The position numbers were made by a program, and so were the translations under genes. The notes under the pieces are model-generated. The model did no database searches and had not been told where the DNA came from. It worked only from the letters and a program-made list of their open reading frames with translations. 32,000 nucleotides of DNA from an uncultured bacterium. Lineage in GTDB: Bacteria > Auribacterota > JACPWU01. Positions 1 through 9,400 of the stretch are shown piece after piece (within the stretch, counting starts at the first letter, position 1; every line of letters begins with the position of its first letter). The stretch is from positions 90,001 through 122,000 of the forward strand of contig CAZXEQ010000002.1 in NCBI GenBank assembly GCA_964640155.1, read 5' to 3'.

Positions 1-610
1 TATGATGGATACGTTTTGATTTTTTCAATCGACCTAGATAAATAAACGTAGGAGAAATTTCTTTAGTGGGTAGACTGTCCTGTGCAGCAGCAAAAACACC
101 AGGAGAAAACACAGGAATTTCTCTCTTAACCCCTAATCGCATTAAATCCTTTTTTGAACTCTCAGAGATGGTCACACAATGTTCTTTACGATAAAAGCGA
201 AGATAAAGAAGCTCTGACATATATCCAACAAATGCGATTAAAAATGGAGTTTCATAAAACCATACTTCTCTCGCAAGCTGAAAAAAAAGCGTGATTCTCT
301 TTCCGCGAACATAAAAAGGGGTAAAAAAGGGGATCGTATTGATGCTATCAATCACACAATCATAGTAGGCATGTCCCCTTTTTCGATAATAACGGTAAGC
401 CTTCCAAACCACGGTAAGGCGATTACCTCTACGAATAATTTTGATTCCATCAATATCTTCTTCTGCAAGAGCTCCTGGGAAAGAGGAACAGAAGAAAGTT
501 ACTTCATGTCCTTTTTGAACCCATCTTTTGGCGATTTCATAAATATAAATTTCCGCACCTCCTCCAAAAGGATTACGGATATCTCGCCAATTTAAAATAA
601 GTATTTTCAT
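1..610 (-). CDS. Glycosyltransferase family 4 (GT-B fold), N-terminal part; 3' end runs off the window
   Basis: Absent from the ORF track because there is no stop in the window. Manual minus-strand translation from the ATG at 610-608 gives MKILILNWRDIRNPFGGGAEIYIYEIAKRWVQKGHEVTFFCSSFPG...EISPTFIYLGRLKKSKRIHH. It stays open to base 1 (203 codons). The sequence is a typical GT4 N-terminal Rossmann half. Confidence 0.8.
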   Translation of the reverse strand, partial: MKILILNWRDIRNPFGGGAEIYIYEIAKRWVQKGHEVTFFCSSFPGALAEEDIDGIKIIRRGNRLTVVWKAYRYYRKRGHAYYDCVIDSINTIPFFTPFYVRGKRITLFFQLAREVWFYETPFLIAFVGYMSELLYLRFYRKEHCVTISESSKKDLMRLGVKREIPVFSPGVFAAAQDSLPTKEISPTFIYLGRLKKSKRIHH

Positions 611-652
611 AAATGAAGATTTAGAAGGAAGACATCTTAATTAATAAATTTT

Positions 653-1567
653 CTAGCGATGCGTGACTATTCTAAGCTGAGTTTGAGTGGAAGAAGGATG
701 TTTTACTGTGTATTTATTCTTCATCAGAAAGAATGTATTTTCTTGAAGATCCAGACTCCCAATAAAATATCCAAAACCACCCATAGCAAACTTTAAAAAG
801 TGATAGAGAATAAAACCAATTCCAACGAAAGGATGCATCAAAAAGGTTTTCCAATGTCTAAAATATACACCTCTAAAAAAACTTAATTGCTTTTTAGATT
901 CAACTTTATTTTCTTTTCTAAAATGAACTAAATCTTTACCATAATGATAACATTTCATCATATGTTCCCAAATTCCTCGTGCCTCTCCCAGGTGCAATGC
1001 TTCTGCTTCTATATAACCTGTCTTATATCCAGCACGATTAAGCCTGTTCTGAAAATCATAATCCTCTCCAGCAATCATGTTTTCATTAAAACCATTCACT
1101 TTTTTGAAAATCTGTTTCTTGACAAATCTTGCGGAAGAATGAACTGGATCGTATTTGTACATATCTACTTCAAATTTTCGTATTTTGGCTATCCATGAGA
1201 TAGTCGGCTCTGGAGAATTATGAACAATGATTGCGTCGAATTCTTCTTGAATTTTCAGGACACACTCCTTTACAATATTCTTATCCAAAGCGAAATCTGA
1301 ATCTACTTTATAAATATATTTTCCTTTTGCTTTATTCACTCCAAAATTAACTTGTGCACTTCTTTCAGATCCTATCCGATAGATTTTTTTTGTATATTTC
1401 CTAGCAATTTCTAAAGTCTTATCCGTAGAATAATTATCTACAACAATTAACTCGATAAAGGGATAAGTTTGTTCACGAATGCTATTGAGACACTTTTCCA
1501 ACAATCTCTGAGAATTAAAGGTGGGAACAATGATAGAAACCAAAGGAGTTGATTGAGATGCTTGCAT
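653..1567 (-). CDS. Glycosyltransferase family 2 (GT-A fold)
   Basis: 304-aa ORF. The N-terminus VSIIVPTFNSQRLLEKCLNSIREQTYPFIELIVVDNYSTDKT is the classic GT2 signature, followed by a DSD acidic motif. A hydrophobic C-terminal tail is present. Confidence 0.9.
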   Translation of the reverse strand: MQASQSTPLVSIIVPTFNSQRLLEKCLNSIREQTYPFIELIVVDNYSTDKTLEIARKYTKKIYRIGSERSAQVNFGVNKAKGKYIYKVDSDFALDKNIVKECVLKIQEEFDAIIVHNSPEPTISWIAKIRKFEVDMYKYDPVHSSARFVKKQIFKKVNGFNENMIAGEDYDFQNRLNRAGYKTGYIEAEALHLGEARGIWEHMMKCYHYGKDLVHFRKENKVESKKQLSFFRGVYFRHWKTFLMHPFVGIGFILYHFLKFAMGGFGYFIGSLDLQENTFFLMKNKYTVKHPSSTQTQLRIVTHR

Positions 1568-1600
1568 ATAAAAAAACTTTCTTTCAAGTTAAAAAGAGAA

Positions 1601-2791
1601 TCAAAATAGTAATTTCTCACAAAGCTTTGAGTATGTCTCTTTCATTTTTTGAGCAACTTTATAGCCTGTGAAGTGACTTTCTGCTAATTCTTTACTGTTC
1701 TTCCCCATTTTCATTCTTAAATCTGTATTTGTTGCCAAAAGTACAATGGCTTCAACTAATGCTTCTGTATCCATGGCATTTACAACCAAACCTGCATTTT
1801 TATTAGTGACTTCTGTATGGATGCCAACACCATCAGACACAATTAATGGCAAACCACAATACATAGCTTCAGCAGCCGCAATACCAAAACTATCATACAA
1901 TGACGGTTGAACAAAAACATCCGTATCATGCTTTAAAAGCAACTCCTTTTGTTCCCCCTCAATAAAACCTCTAAAACTCACTCGAGAGTCCATTTGATAT
2001 TCATGGACACGACTCTTGAGGCAAAGAGAATACCCGTTTTTATCTGCCCCTGCAATGACAAGATATATCTGTGTTTTGTGGCAAAAATGAATCGCTTTTC
2101 TAAAAGCCTCGATTAAGAATCCCAATCCCTTTTCAGGTGCAATTCTACCAAGAAATGTAAAGGTCACCTTATCTTCTCTAACCTTTTTAGATAAGCCAGA
2201 AACAGAACAAAAGTTCTCTGTATCTATTGCATTGGGAATTACGCTTGAATTCGTATTTCCTGTCAAGGACATCGAGTGTTCTTTTTCCATTTCACTCCCA
2301 TAGAGAATCATAGCTGCATGACGAATTTCCCATTTTTCAAGAATTCGAAAATATATAGATTTCATTATTCGTCGAGGAGAAATAAAAGTTTCTTTCATAT
2401 AGGAACCATGAGGCTGAATTAAATAAGGAATTTTATAAAATCGACATAAAATAGAAGTGATCAAACTTCCAAAATAGAATCCCACATGGATATGAATAAA
2501 ATCATAATGTCTGATTTGTAATATCAATCCCTTTAAAAAACCCCAAGACCACCAATAAGGAAGCAACTTATTTAATTTACTTATTTTAAAAAAGCGAACA
2601 GGAACTCCTTTATAGTTTATAACTTTATGGAGGGGAACACCCATAGGCTGAAATTGATCATCTGCATCTGCTGCATAAATCGTAGCCAAAACATCTGACT
2701 TATTTAAATACTTAACCGTAGTCATACAACTAAATTGAGGACCTGTTCTAACAGCCCCAATTCCACCAATCACATGTAAAACTTTTAACAT
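1601..2791 (-). CDS. Glycosyltransferase family 4 (GT-B fold)
   Basis: The track ORF is 1601..2878. I prefer the internal ATG at 2791 (MLKVLHVIGGIG...), which matches the usual GT4 N-terminus. The C-terminal half carries the E-x7-E-like region (FVQPSLYDSFGIAAAEAMYCGLPLIVSD). The start choice is uncertain because neither candidate has a Shine-Dalgarno sequence. Confidence 0.85.
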   Translation of the reverse strand: MLKVLHVIGGIGAVRTGPQFSCMTTVKYLNKSDVLATIYAADADDQFQPMGVPLHKVINYKGVPVRFFKISKLNKLLPYWWSWGFLKGLILQIRHYDFIHIHVGFYFGSLITSILCRFYKIPYLIQPHGSYMKETFISPRRIMKSIYFRILEKWEIRHAAMILYGSEMEKEHSMSLTGNTNSSVIPNAIDTENFCSVSGLSKKVREDKVTFTFLGRIAPEKGLGFLIEAFRKAIHFCHKTQIYLVIAGADKNGYSLCLKSRVHEYQMDSRVSFRGFIEGEQKELLLKHDTDVFVQPSLYDSFGIAAAEAMYCGLPLIVSDGVGIHTEVTNKNAGLVVNAMDTEALVEAIVLLATNTDLRMKMGKNSKELAESHFTGYKVAQKMKETYSKLCEKLLF

Positions 2792-2895
2792 AACTTTTTT
2801 CTTTTTTAAATTATGAAAATAAAGACTATATTTTAGAAGACAAGCATCTGTCCGTCCAGATCTTTTGTAGGGATTCATAAATCATGAAGAAATGT

Positions 2896-2925
2896 TTGAC
2901 ATGTCTCCTGCGAGAAATGTAAAAT
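2896..2925 (+). promoter_or_regulatory. Near-consensus sigma70-type promoter (TTGACA - 18 nt - TAAAAT)
   Basis: TTGACA lies at 2896-2901 and TAAAAT at 2920-2925. This is about 30 nt upstream of the ATG at 2956, which has an AGGAG RBS at 2945-2949. Confidence 0.4.
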
Positions 2926-2955
2926 TTTTCTAAACTTCATGCAAAGGAGTTCCTC

Positions 2956-3201
2956 ATGCCCCCTAAAACAGATTTAAAAGACCTCAAAGACATCATGAGT
3001 GCGATTAAAGAAATTCAGGGAAACGTCAAGGATATGGTAGAAACATTTTCAAAAATCCCTTCTGGGAAACATCGAGGAGTTTCAGGCGATTTACTTCTTA
3101 CTACGAAAGAAAAAGAGGTGCTTAAACTCATCCAAACAGAACAAGAAAGAGCCAATAAATTGGTCGAAATGCTCTCGAATGCCCTCTATAATCAGGTTTG
3201 A
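2956..3201 (+). CDS. Hypothetical small protein (81 aa), charged and probably helical
   Basis: Complete ORF with a good RBS (AGGAG 6 nt upstream) and a candidate promoter. I recognise no family motif. Confidence 0.5.
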   Translation: MPPKTDLKDLKDIMSAIKEIQGNVKDMVETFSKIPSGKHRGVSGDLLLTTKEKEVLKLIQTEQERANKLVEMLSNALYNQV

Positions 3202-3338
3202 TTAATTGCTAATCATAACTACCTCTTACAAGCTTAATTATAAATTTTAAATCTTAAAAACTACTTCCTTCTGTTATTTTTTAATTTTTATAATATCTTC
3301 CTAATAAACAAGTTATAAACTCGTCATCTCTTCGTTCT

Positions 3339-3366
3339 TTGAAAAACCCAAAAAATATGATATATT
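3339..3366 (+). promoter_or_regulatory. Candidate promoter for the giant gene (TTGAAA - 16 nt - TATATT)
   Basis: Hexamers at 3339-3344 and 3361-3366 in the AT-rich 222-bp spacer. They overlap an 8-bp inverted repeat, acccaaaa/ttttgggt. AT-rich DNA produces such matches easily. Confidence 0.25.
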
Positions 3367-3423
3367 TTGGGTTGCGGTTTAACCCAAATTGATCATAACA
3401 ATAATGAGCGATAACCAAGTCAC

Positions 3424-6400
3424 ATGACCTCCATTTTTAGTCATAAATTTTGGCGTATTTTTGTGCTTATTGCCTTCGCCTTTCAAACCCTGACAAGCGA
3501 TGCATTCCTCACTTCTGTCAGTCAAAATCCTATTTCTATTAAACCCTTCACCTGGGCCGCTCATCTTGGAACTATTGTGGAACAATCTCAAGGCAGTCGT
3601 GGCCCATTTATCTTACATATTCAAGAAGCGCACTCTGTTCCTCAGGCTCAGAAAAAAATTGCTGAAATTATTCAGTGGTTTCAGAATCAAGGACTCTCAA
3701 AAGAATCTTTATCCATTGCTGTTGAAGGGGCTGTAGGACCTATCCCTACTTCCTTTCTTGGAAATTTTCCTTATGCCAAAGGGAGAGAAGAAATCACTCA
3801 AACTCTGATCGATGAAGGATGGCTCACAGGAGCCGAAGCTTTAGCTATTTCACATCCTGAATATCGTCTTCGCATTTTTGGTATTGAGGAATCTCAGGCC
3901 TATCTCAAAAATTTTTGGAGTTTTCGAAAGGCTCAAGCTGCTTGGCATCAAAAAGAATCTCAATGGAATGAACTAACCCAGATGCTTGATCAGACAAGGG
4001 AAAATGTTGATTCTCCTACGCTTCTTAGATGGAGTACACAGTTTTTTCATTTCAAAGATGGAAATTTAAGTTTTAAAGATTGGATTTCATTTTTAAATCA
4101 AGAAAAGTTTCATCCTCAAAATGAGCAAGCTCGGACTTTACTTCAAACTCTTCAACAAATTTCAGGAATGGATGAATCTGCCATCAAAAAAGAATTTATG
4201 GAGCTTTCAGAAAAAATTTCAAAGAAAAGTTCCAAGGAAGATTTAAAAAAATTCATTGAATTACAATTACGATTTCGCTTAGGGAAAATAGATTCGACTT
4301 CCTATTATGAAGAGCTCGCAAATGCATTAGACAAAAATGAACTATCTTTAAAAGATTTTCCACATCTTCAGAAAACCATTCAGTTACAACAAAAGTTAAG
4401 CGAAATAGAATGGGATAAAGCGCTAGAAACGCTTTTAAATGACGTCGAATCTCATATTCAAAATCATCTCATTAAAACAGAAGAAGAGCGCTCTTTGTGG
4501 GATTTCGAAAAATCCTTGCGCTTGGCTCAGCATGTCTTCCAATTGAAAGCTTCTAGAAAAGAGTGGGAGGAGTTTAAAAGGCCTGGCAGCATATCTACGT
4601 CATTCCGGCCCCGGATTCAAACACTCCGGGATGACAGGACTTCTCGTTTGTCATTCCCGAAGGTTTCTATCGGGAATCCATTCTTCTTAACTAAAGAAAT
4701 CTCTCAACTTTCCTGGTTTGAAAAATCAAATCTCTCATCAACTGAAAAAGAAAACTTTCTTAAAAATCATTATTTACTTTTAACTCTTTCTAAACAAGCT
4801 CAAGAATTTTATTATCATGCCGAAGAAAGAGACGAAATATTATTTAAAAATATTGAATCTCTTATCAAAAAAGAAAAACCTAAAGCGCTGATCGTTATAA
4901 CAGGCGGATTTCACACATCTCCCCTTCTTCAAAAATTAAAAGAAAAACATTTTAGTTTTTGTTCTGTCACACCACAAATGAGTGGAACTATTTCAGATGA
5001 ACTGTATTTAAAGCGCATGATGGATCAGACGCTTGAATCAAATAATTTTCATACAATCCCTTTAGCTTCTATTTTAAATCCTCTTTTTGATCTTTTGAAT
5101 CATGAAGCAGCTGAAAAACTGCGAAAAAATATCATGGGGCACTTTGTTGCCTGGGCTCGTAGAAATAATATTGCCCGTGAAGCTATTATTGCGCGTTGGC
5201 CGAAACCCAATATACCATCAGCCCCTGATCAAGCCCTCATCACAGCACTCTCCCAAGTTTGGGATGCGCCTATCACTGAGCTGCCTACCCAGGGAATCAC
5301 AGAAGAACAGACCAGAGAACTGGTCAAACTCGGAGAACCCATTTCTTCACTTTTGGAACAGTATTTGACTCAAATTCATGACAATAACTTATTAGAAATT
5401 GTAAAAGCAGAAAAAGATGACATTGACGATGAAATGCGGCTCGAAAGCGAACCAAATCTTTTAGTATTAATAAATAATCCTTTCATTCAACATATTCTTA
5501 AACGGCGAAAAAACCTAACTCGAGCCATCAAAGATGCCAGAATCGTTAAAAAGTTCTTGGTTTTTAATCGGTCAACTGTCAAAAGAATTTTTGACAGAAT
5601 CAATGCAATGCCCGATGAAAGAATTCTAGAAAAGATTAATAAATTTCTAGCAAGTAATTTGATCAATAACATTACAGGGCCCATCGAAGAATTTCTTAGA
5701 AGAGAAACTGTCGCTGATAATGACTTCCATCAAGTTTTTATGAATTGCGTTCACCATTTAATGACCCCAGATCTTCTTGATCAACCAAGGGAAATAGGAA
5801 AACGTTATCTCGCATATGTTGAATACGGTTACCTTTTATTGAAAGCTGTAGAAATTTTATCACGAACAAAACCTTATTTATTAAAAGTTACCCCGGCGAC
5901 CGTTCAAGTATCTGCCTCACCCACGAACATCCGAGACAAAGACGAAGCCATTTGCGAAGCCCTCACTGAAAGAATTTTTCAAGAAACGAATTTAGGTAGA
6001 ACAATTTATCCTAAGATTGATTGTGAAAAAGTCACATACAAACCTGTGGGCGGAGGGCATTTTACGCTTGAAGATGATGACATCACGGGACTTATTAAAT
6101 TTATCCGAATCGGCCCTCTATTTTTTATCGAAGAAGATATTTATCAGGGACTATCTTCGGATCTAAGAAAAGATTTAGGAGACAATGTCATTCGTTTAAC
6201 AAGTGTTAAAGGAGATATTGCCCCTCTCATGTATGGTAATTATACGCGAGCTGTGATTACCATGATGTTAAATAATGATTTTTCAGGGAAACGAGTTGTG
6301 GATGCAGGAGCAGGCAATGGAATTCTTTCACTTGTTGCATTAAAACTAGGAGCAACTTTTGTAGATTTAATTGATCACAGCATAGAGGAACTCGAGAGAG

Positions 6401-9400
6401 CCAAAGCACTTTTAGAGCTCAATGGTTTCGTCCCAGAAAAACATTTCTTATTACATATGCACGACCTCAAGAATCCTGACGCAATTCTTAAAGTATTATC
6501 ATCGCATGATGGAGAAACAGCTGTTATTTCCAATATTGGAACTCACCCCTATAATTATACTGTGACAAATGCGGATAGCATTCGTCTGGCCTCTAAAATT
6601 CCTCGCGTCACCCTTTTTATTGGGGGAGGGGATGAGGATACGGATGATTTTTCGCAAGCTAGATCTATAGATCAAGAACTCATCGGACAAGAAGGCTTTG
6701 TAGTACATCCCGTTATTTCGCGCATTCATGATTATGAAACCATCATCACCGCGTGGGCTGCGACGAAAAAAGTGGAAGAGAGAATTACCCCAAATGAACC
6801 TGAGGCTGATATCGAAGAAAAAGTCCAAAAAGCTCGAGAGAAAAATAAATCTGAAGAATGGGTAGGAAGAAAAAATGATCATGTTCTTACAACACTTAAA
6901 AAGCCATTTGAGAGGAGACATGTGGCTATTGGAGACGTGCATGGAGAACAATTCGCCGTTCAGCAAAACTTGAGAGATGCAGGATTAGTTGATGAAAATG
7001 ATGATTGGATTGGCGGTAATGCTATCGTGGTTCAATTGGGCGACATCATTGACCGTGGACCGCATTCCTACGAAGTAGATGTTTATCTTCGTAAGCTCCA
7101 ACAACAAGCCCGAAAGGCTGGTGGAAATGTCATCCGGCTTTTAGGGAATCATGAAGATATGTTTTTAAGAGGGATGCTAGGAGATAAGAAGCAATATAAC
7201 GATTGGTGGCTTGCTTGGACAACCTCTATGGCTTATCTATACAATCCTGCTTTTAATACCGCTTTTCAAAAAGTCGGTTACAACAACTTCCCTGATTTAA
7301 TTAAATCCGATACTCCTCCTGAAGACCCAGAACTTCTCAAATGGTGGCATCTTTATCGCAATCTTCTTACAGATATTGAAAATGGAAATATTCAAGCAGC
7401 ATACGAACATAATAATGTTCTCTTCACCCATGCGGGACTTAAGGGCAAAACAGGAATACTTCCTGCCTCCGACGGAAAAACAGCAGCAGCATATAATGCT
7501 GAACGCTTGAATGAAATATTAATAGATGAATATTTCAGAATAAAAAACCCACCACCTGGGGAGGAACAAATACCTCGCTCTCCCTTCCTGCTCTCGGCTC
7601 TTTGGAACAGAGCTCTTGATAGCTCCCCTGCTTTTGATTTACAAGTCGTCGCTCATGTTCCTAATCAAAATAATCGCAACATTCGCATTGGAGAAATTAA
7701 AGTGATCCGAACAGACATTGGTCAAAGTGCTGCAATGTATCAAGACAAAGGACGAAGAGGTTATGTAGATATTGAAGGGAATGAAGTTCGAGGGATTGAT
7801 TTAGCTAAAACCAGTGATCCTGTTTTACCTGAAGGGGTTCGTGGATACAAAGGAATTCCTAATGCTATACAAAATATCGGCAATGCAGTAGATAAGAAAG
7901 TTGATGAGGTATTAAGCAAGGCTATCGAAGTTGGTCCTACGAAAATTGTAGGGTTAACATTCGATGGTTCAATCGTAACCCAAAAGGCTTTTCCAAAAAT
8001 GGGATCTGGTCATGGGATTTCTTCTGAAAGCCTCCCTTCCCTTGCAGCCAATGAAGGTGTTTCCTTCACAGAAACTGAAATGGACAATCTCAAAAAAGTT
8101 TGGAGCAAAGTTATAGATCGAAACTTCCAACTCGGCATTTTAAGAGATGAAAATGTGATCTATCATGCGCAAGGCTCTGAAGAAATAGCCTACACGCATG
8201 CAGGCATTACAAAAGCTGGAGGAATATTCCGTGACGCCCAGCGCCGTATTTGGCTTACAGAAAATTTCCTCAAATGGCTGCTTAATAACGACACTGCTCT
8301 TCTCGAAAGAATCATTGAACATGATTTAAAACATTTGAATGATCCAGATTATAGGCATGATAACGATCTAGCCTATTACAATCCTTCGACTAAAAAAGGA
8401 TTATTAACCGATGTCAAATTAGCTGTATTACAAATGATTTTAGAAAGAACAGATAATGGACGCGCTGTCTTGATTGAAGATACTTCTGTAGAACCTTCTG
8501 ACGACTCTCTTGTAATGCAAGAAATGCCTATCGGAATCAGTCGAACTCTTACCTTGCTTGATGAACTCATTCAGGAACTCACGCCTAAAAAGGACCCGTT
8601 GCTTACTTATCTTCGTAAAATGAGAGAATCTATTAATGTCTTTGATGAATCTCCTTATGGTTCTTTAAACGTAGCCTCTGGGCTTCTAGCAATATCTTAT
8701 ATCCAAGATAAAATTTCTTTCTTAATAAATAAAGAAAAGTGGCCCCTTTGTTCTATGGATCTTAAAGATTTAAATCATCTTGATAAATTATTTTTAAAAG
8801 CAGCTCTTTATAAAGAAGCTCGTACATGGCAATTTATGGAAGATGAAATACCTCTTCAACTTCCTATTCGAGAAAGAATTCATACCGAATATGAAAGGCT
8901 AAGACAAGCTCTTGAAGATGGGGAAAAGATCTCTAGTCTTACTCCAGAACTTTTAGAAATGAGTCGAACTCTTTTAGCCATGCAAATTCATGCAGAATAT
9001 GTGGGTTATGAAGCCCAACGTGCTTTTGTAGCACAACATCTTCCTCAAGGAGCATCATCTGATTCCTTAGCTGCTCATGCTCGCAACCGTAGTCAAACGC
9101 GTGGCAAAGAAAGTCTAGGAAATTTGATTTCATCATTTTTAGATATGGTCTTGATTTCAGGACTGTATGGTATGGGGGCAGATGATACAGATAGAGGGTG
9201 GGAGCGAGGGGTCAAAATTTATTGTGCAGCACATTATTTACAAAATCGACATCTTTGGAAAGACCTTCTGGGAATTTCTTTGGAAGTAATCGAGAGGGAT
9301 GAAAACCAATCAGGAAGAGCAATTTTAGACCCTGAACAGGGGTTTACTCCGAATGGACCAGAAAGTCTTCCATTTTTAAGAAATCCTGCATATTTTGATC

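Noticed and set aside
371-1198. Track ORFs 371..595 (+) and 944..1198 (+)
   Set aside because: Both lie entirely antisense to well-supported glycosyltransferase genes. They have low-complexity translations and no RBS, so they are shadow ORFs.
8290-8345. EHDLKH in the C-terminal region of the giant protein as a zincin HExxH protease motif
   Set aside because: The sequence is H-D-L-K-H (HxxxH) with the Glu outside the motif. It is not an HExxH, and no third ligand or Met-turn context is evident.
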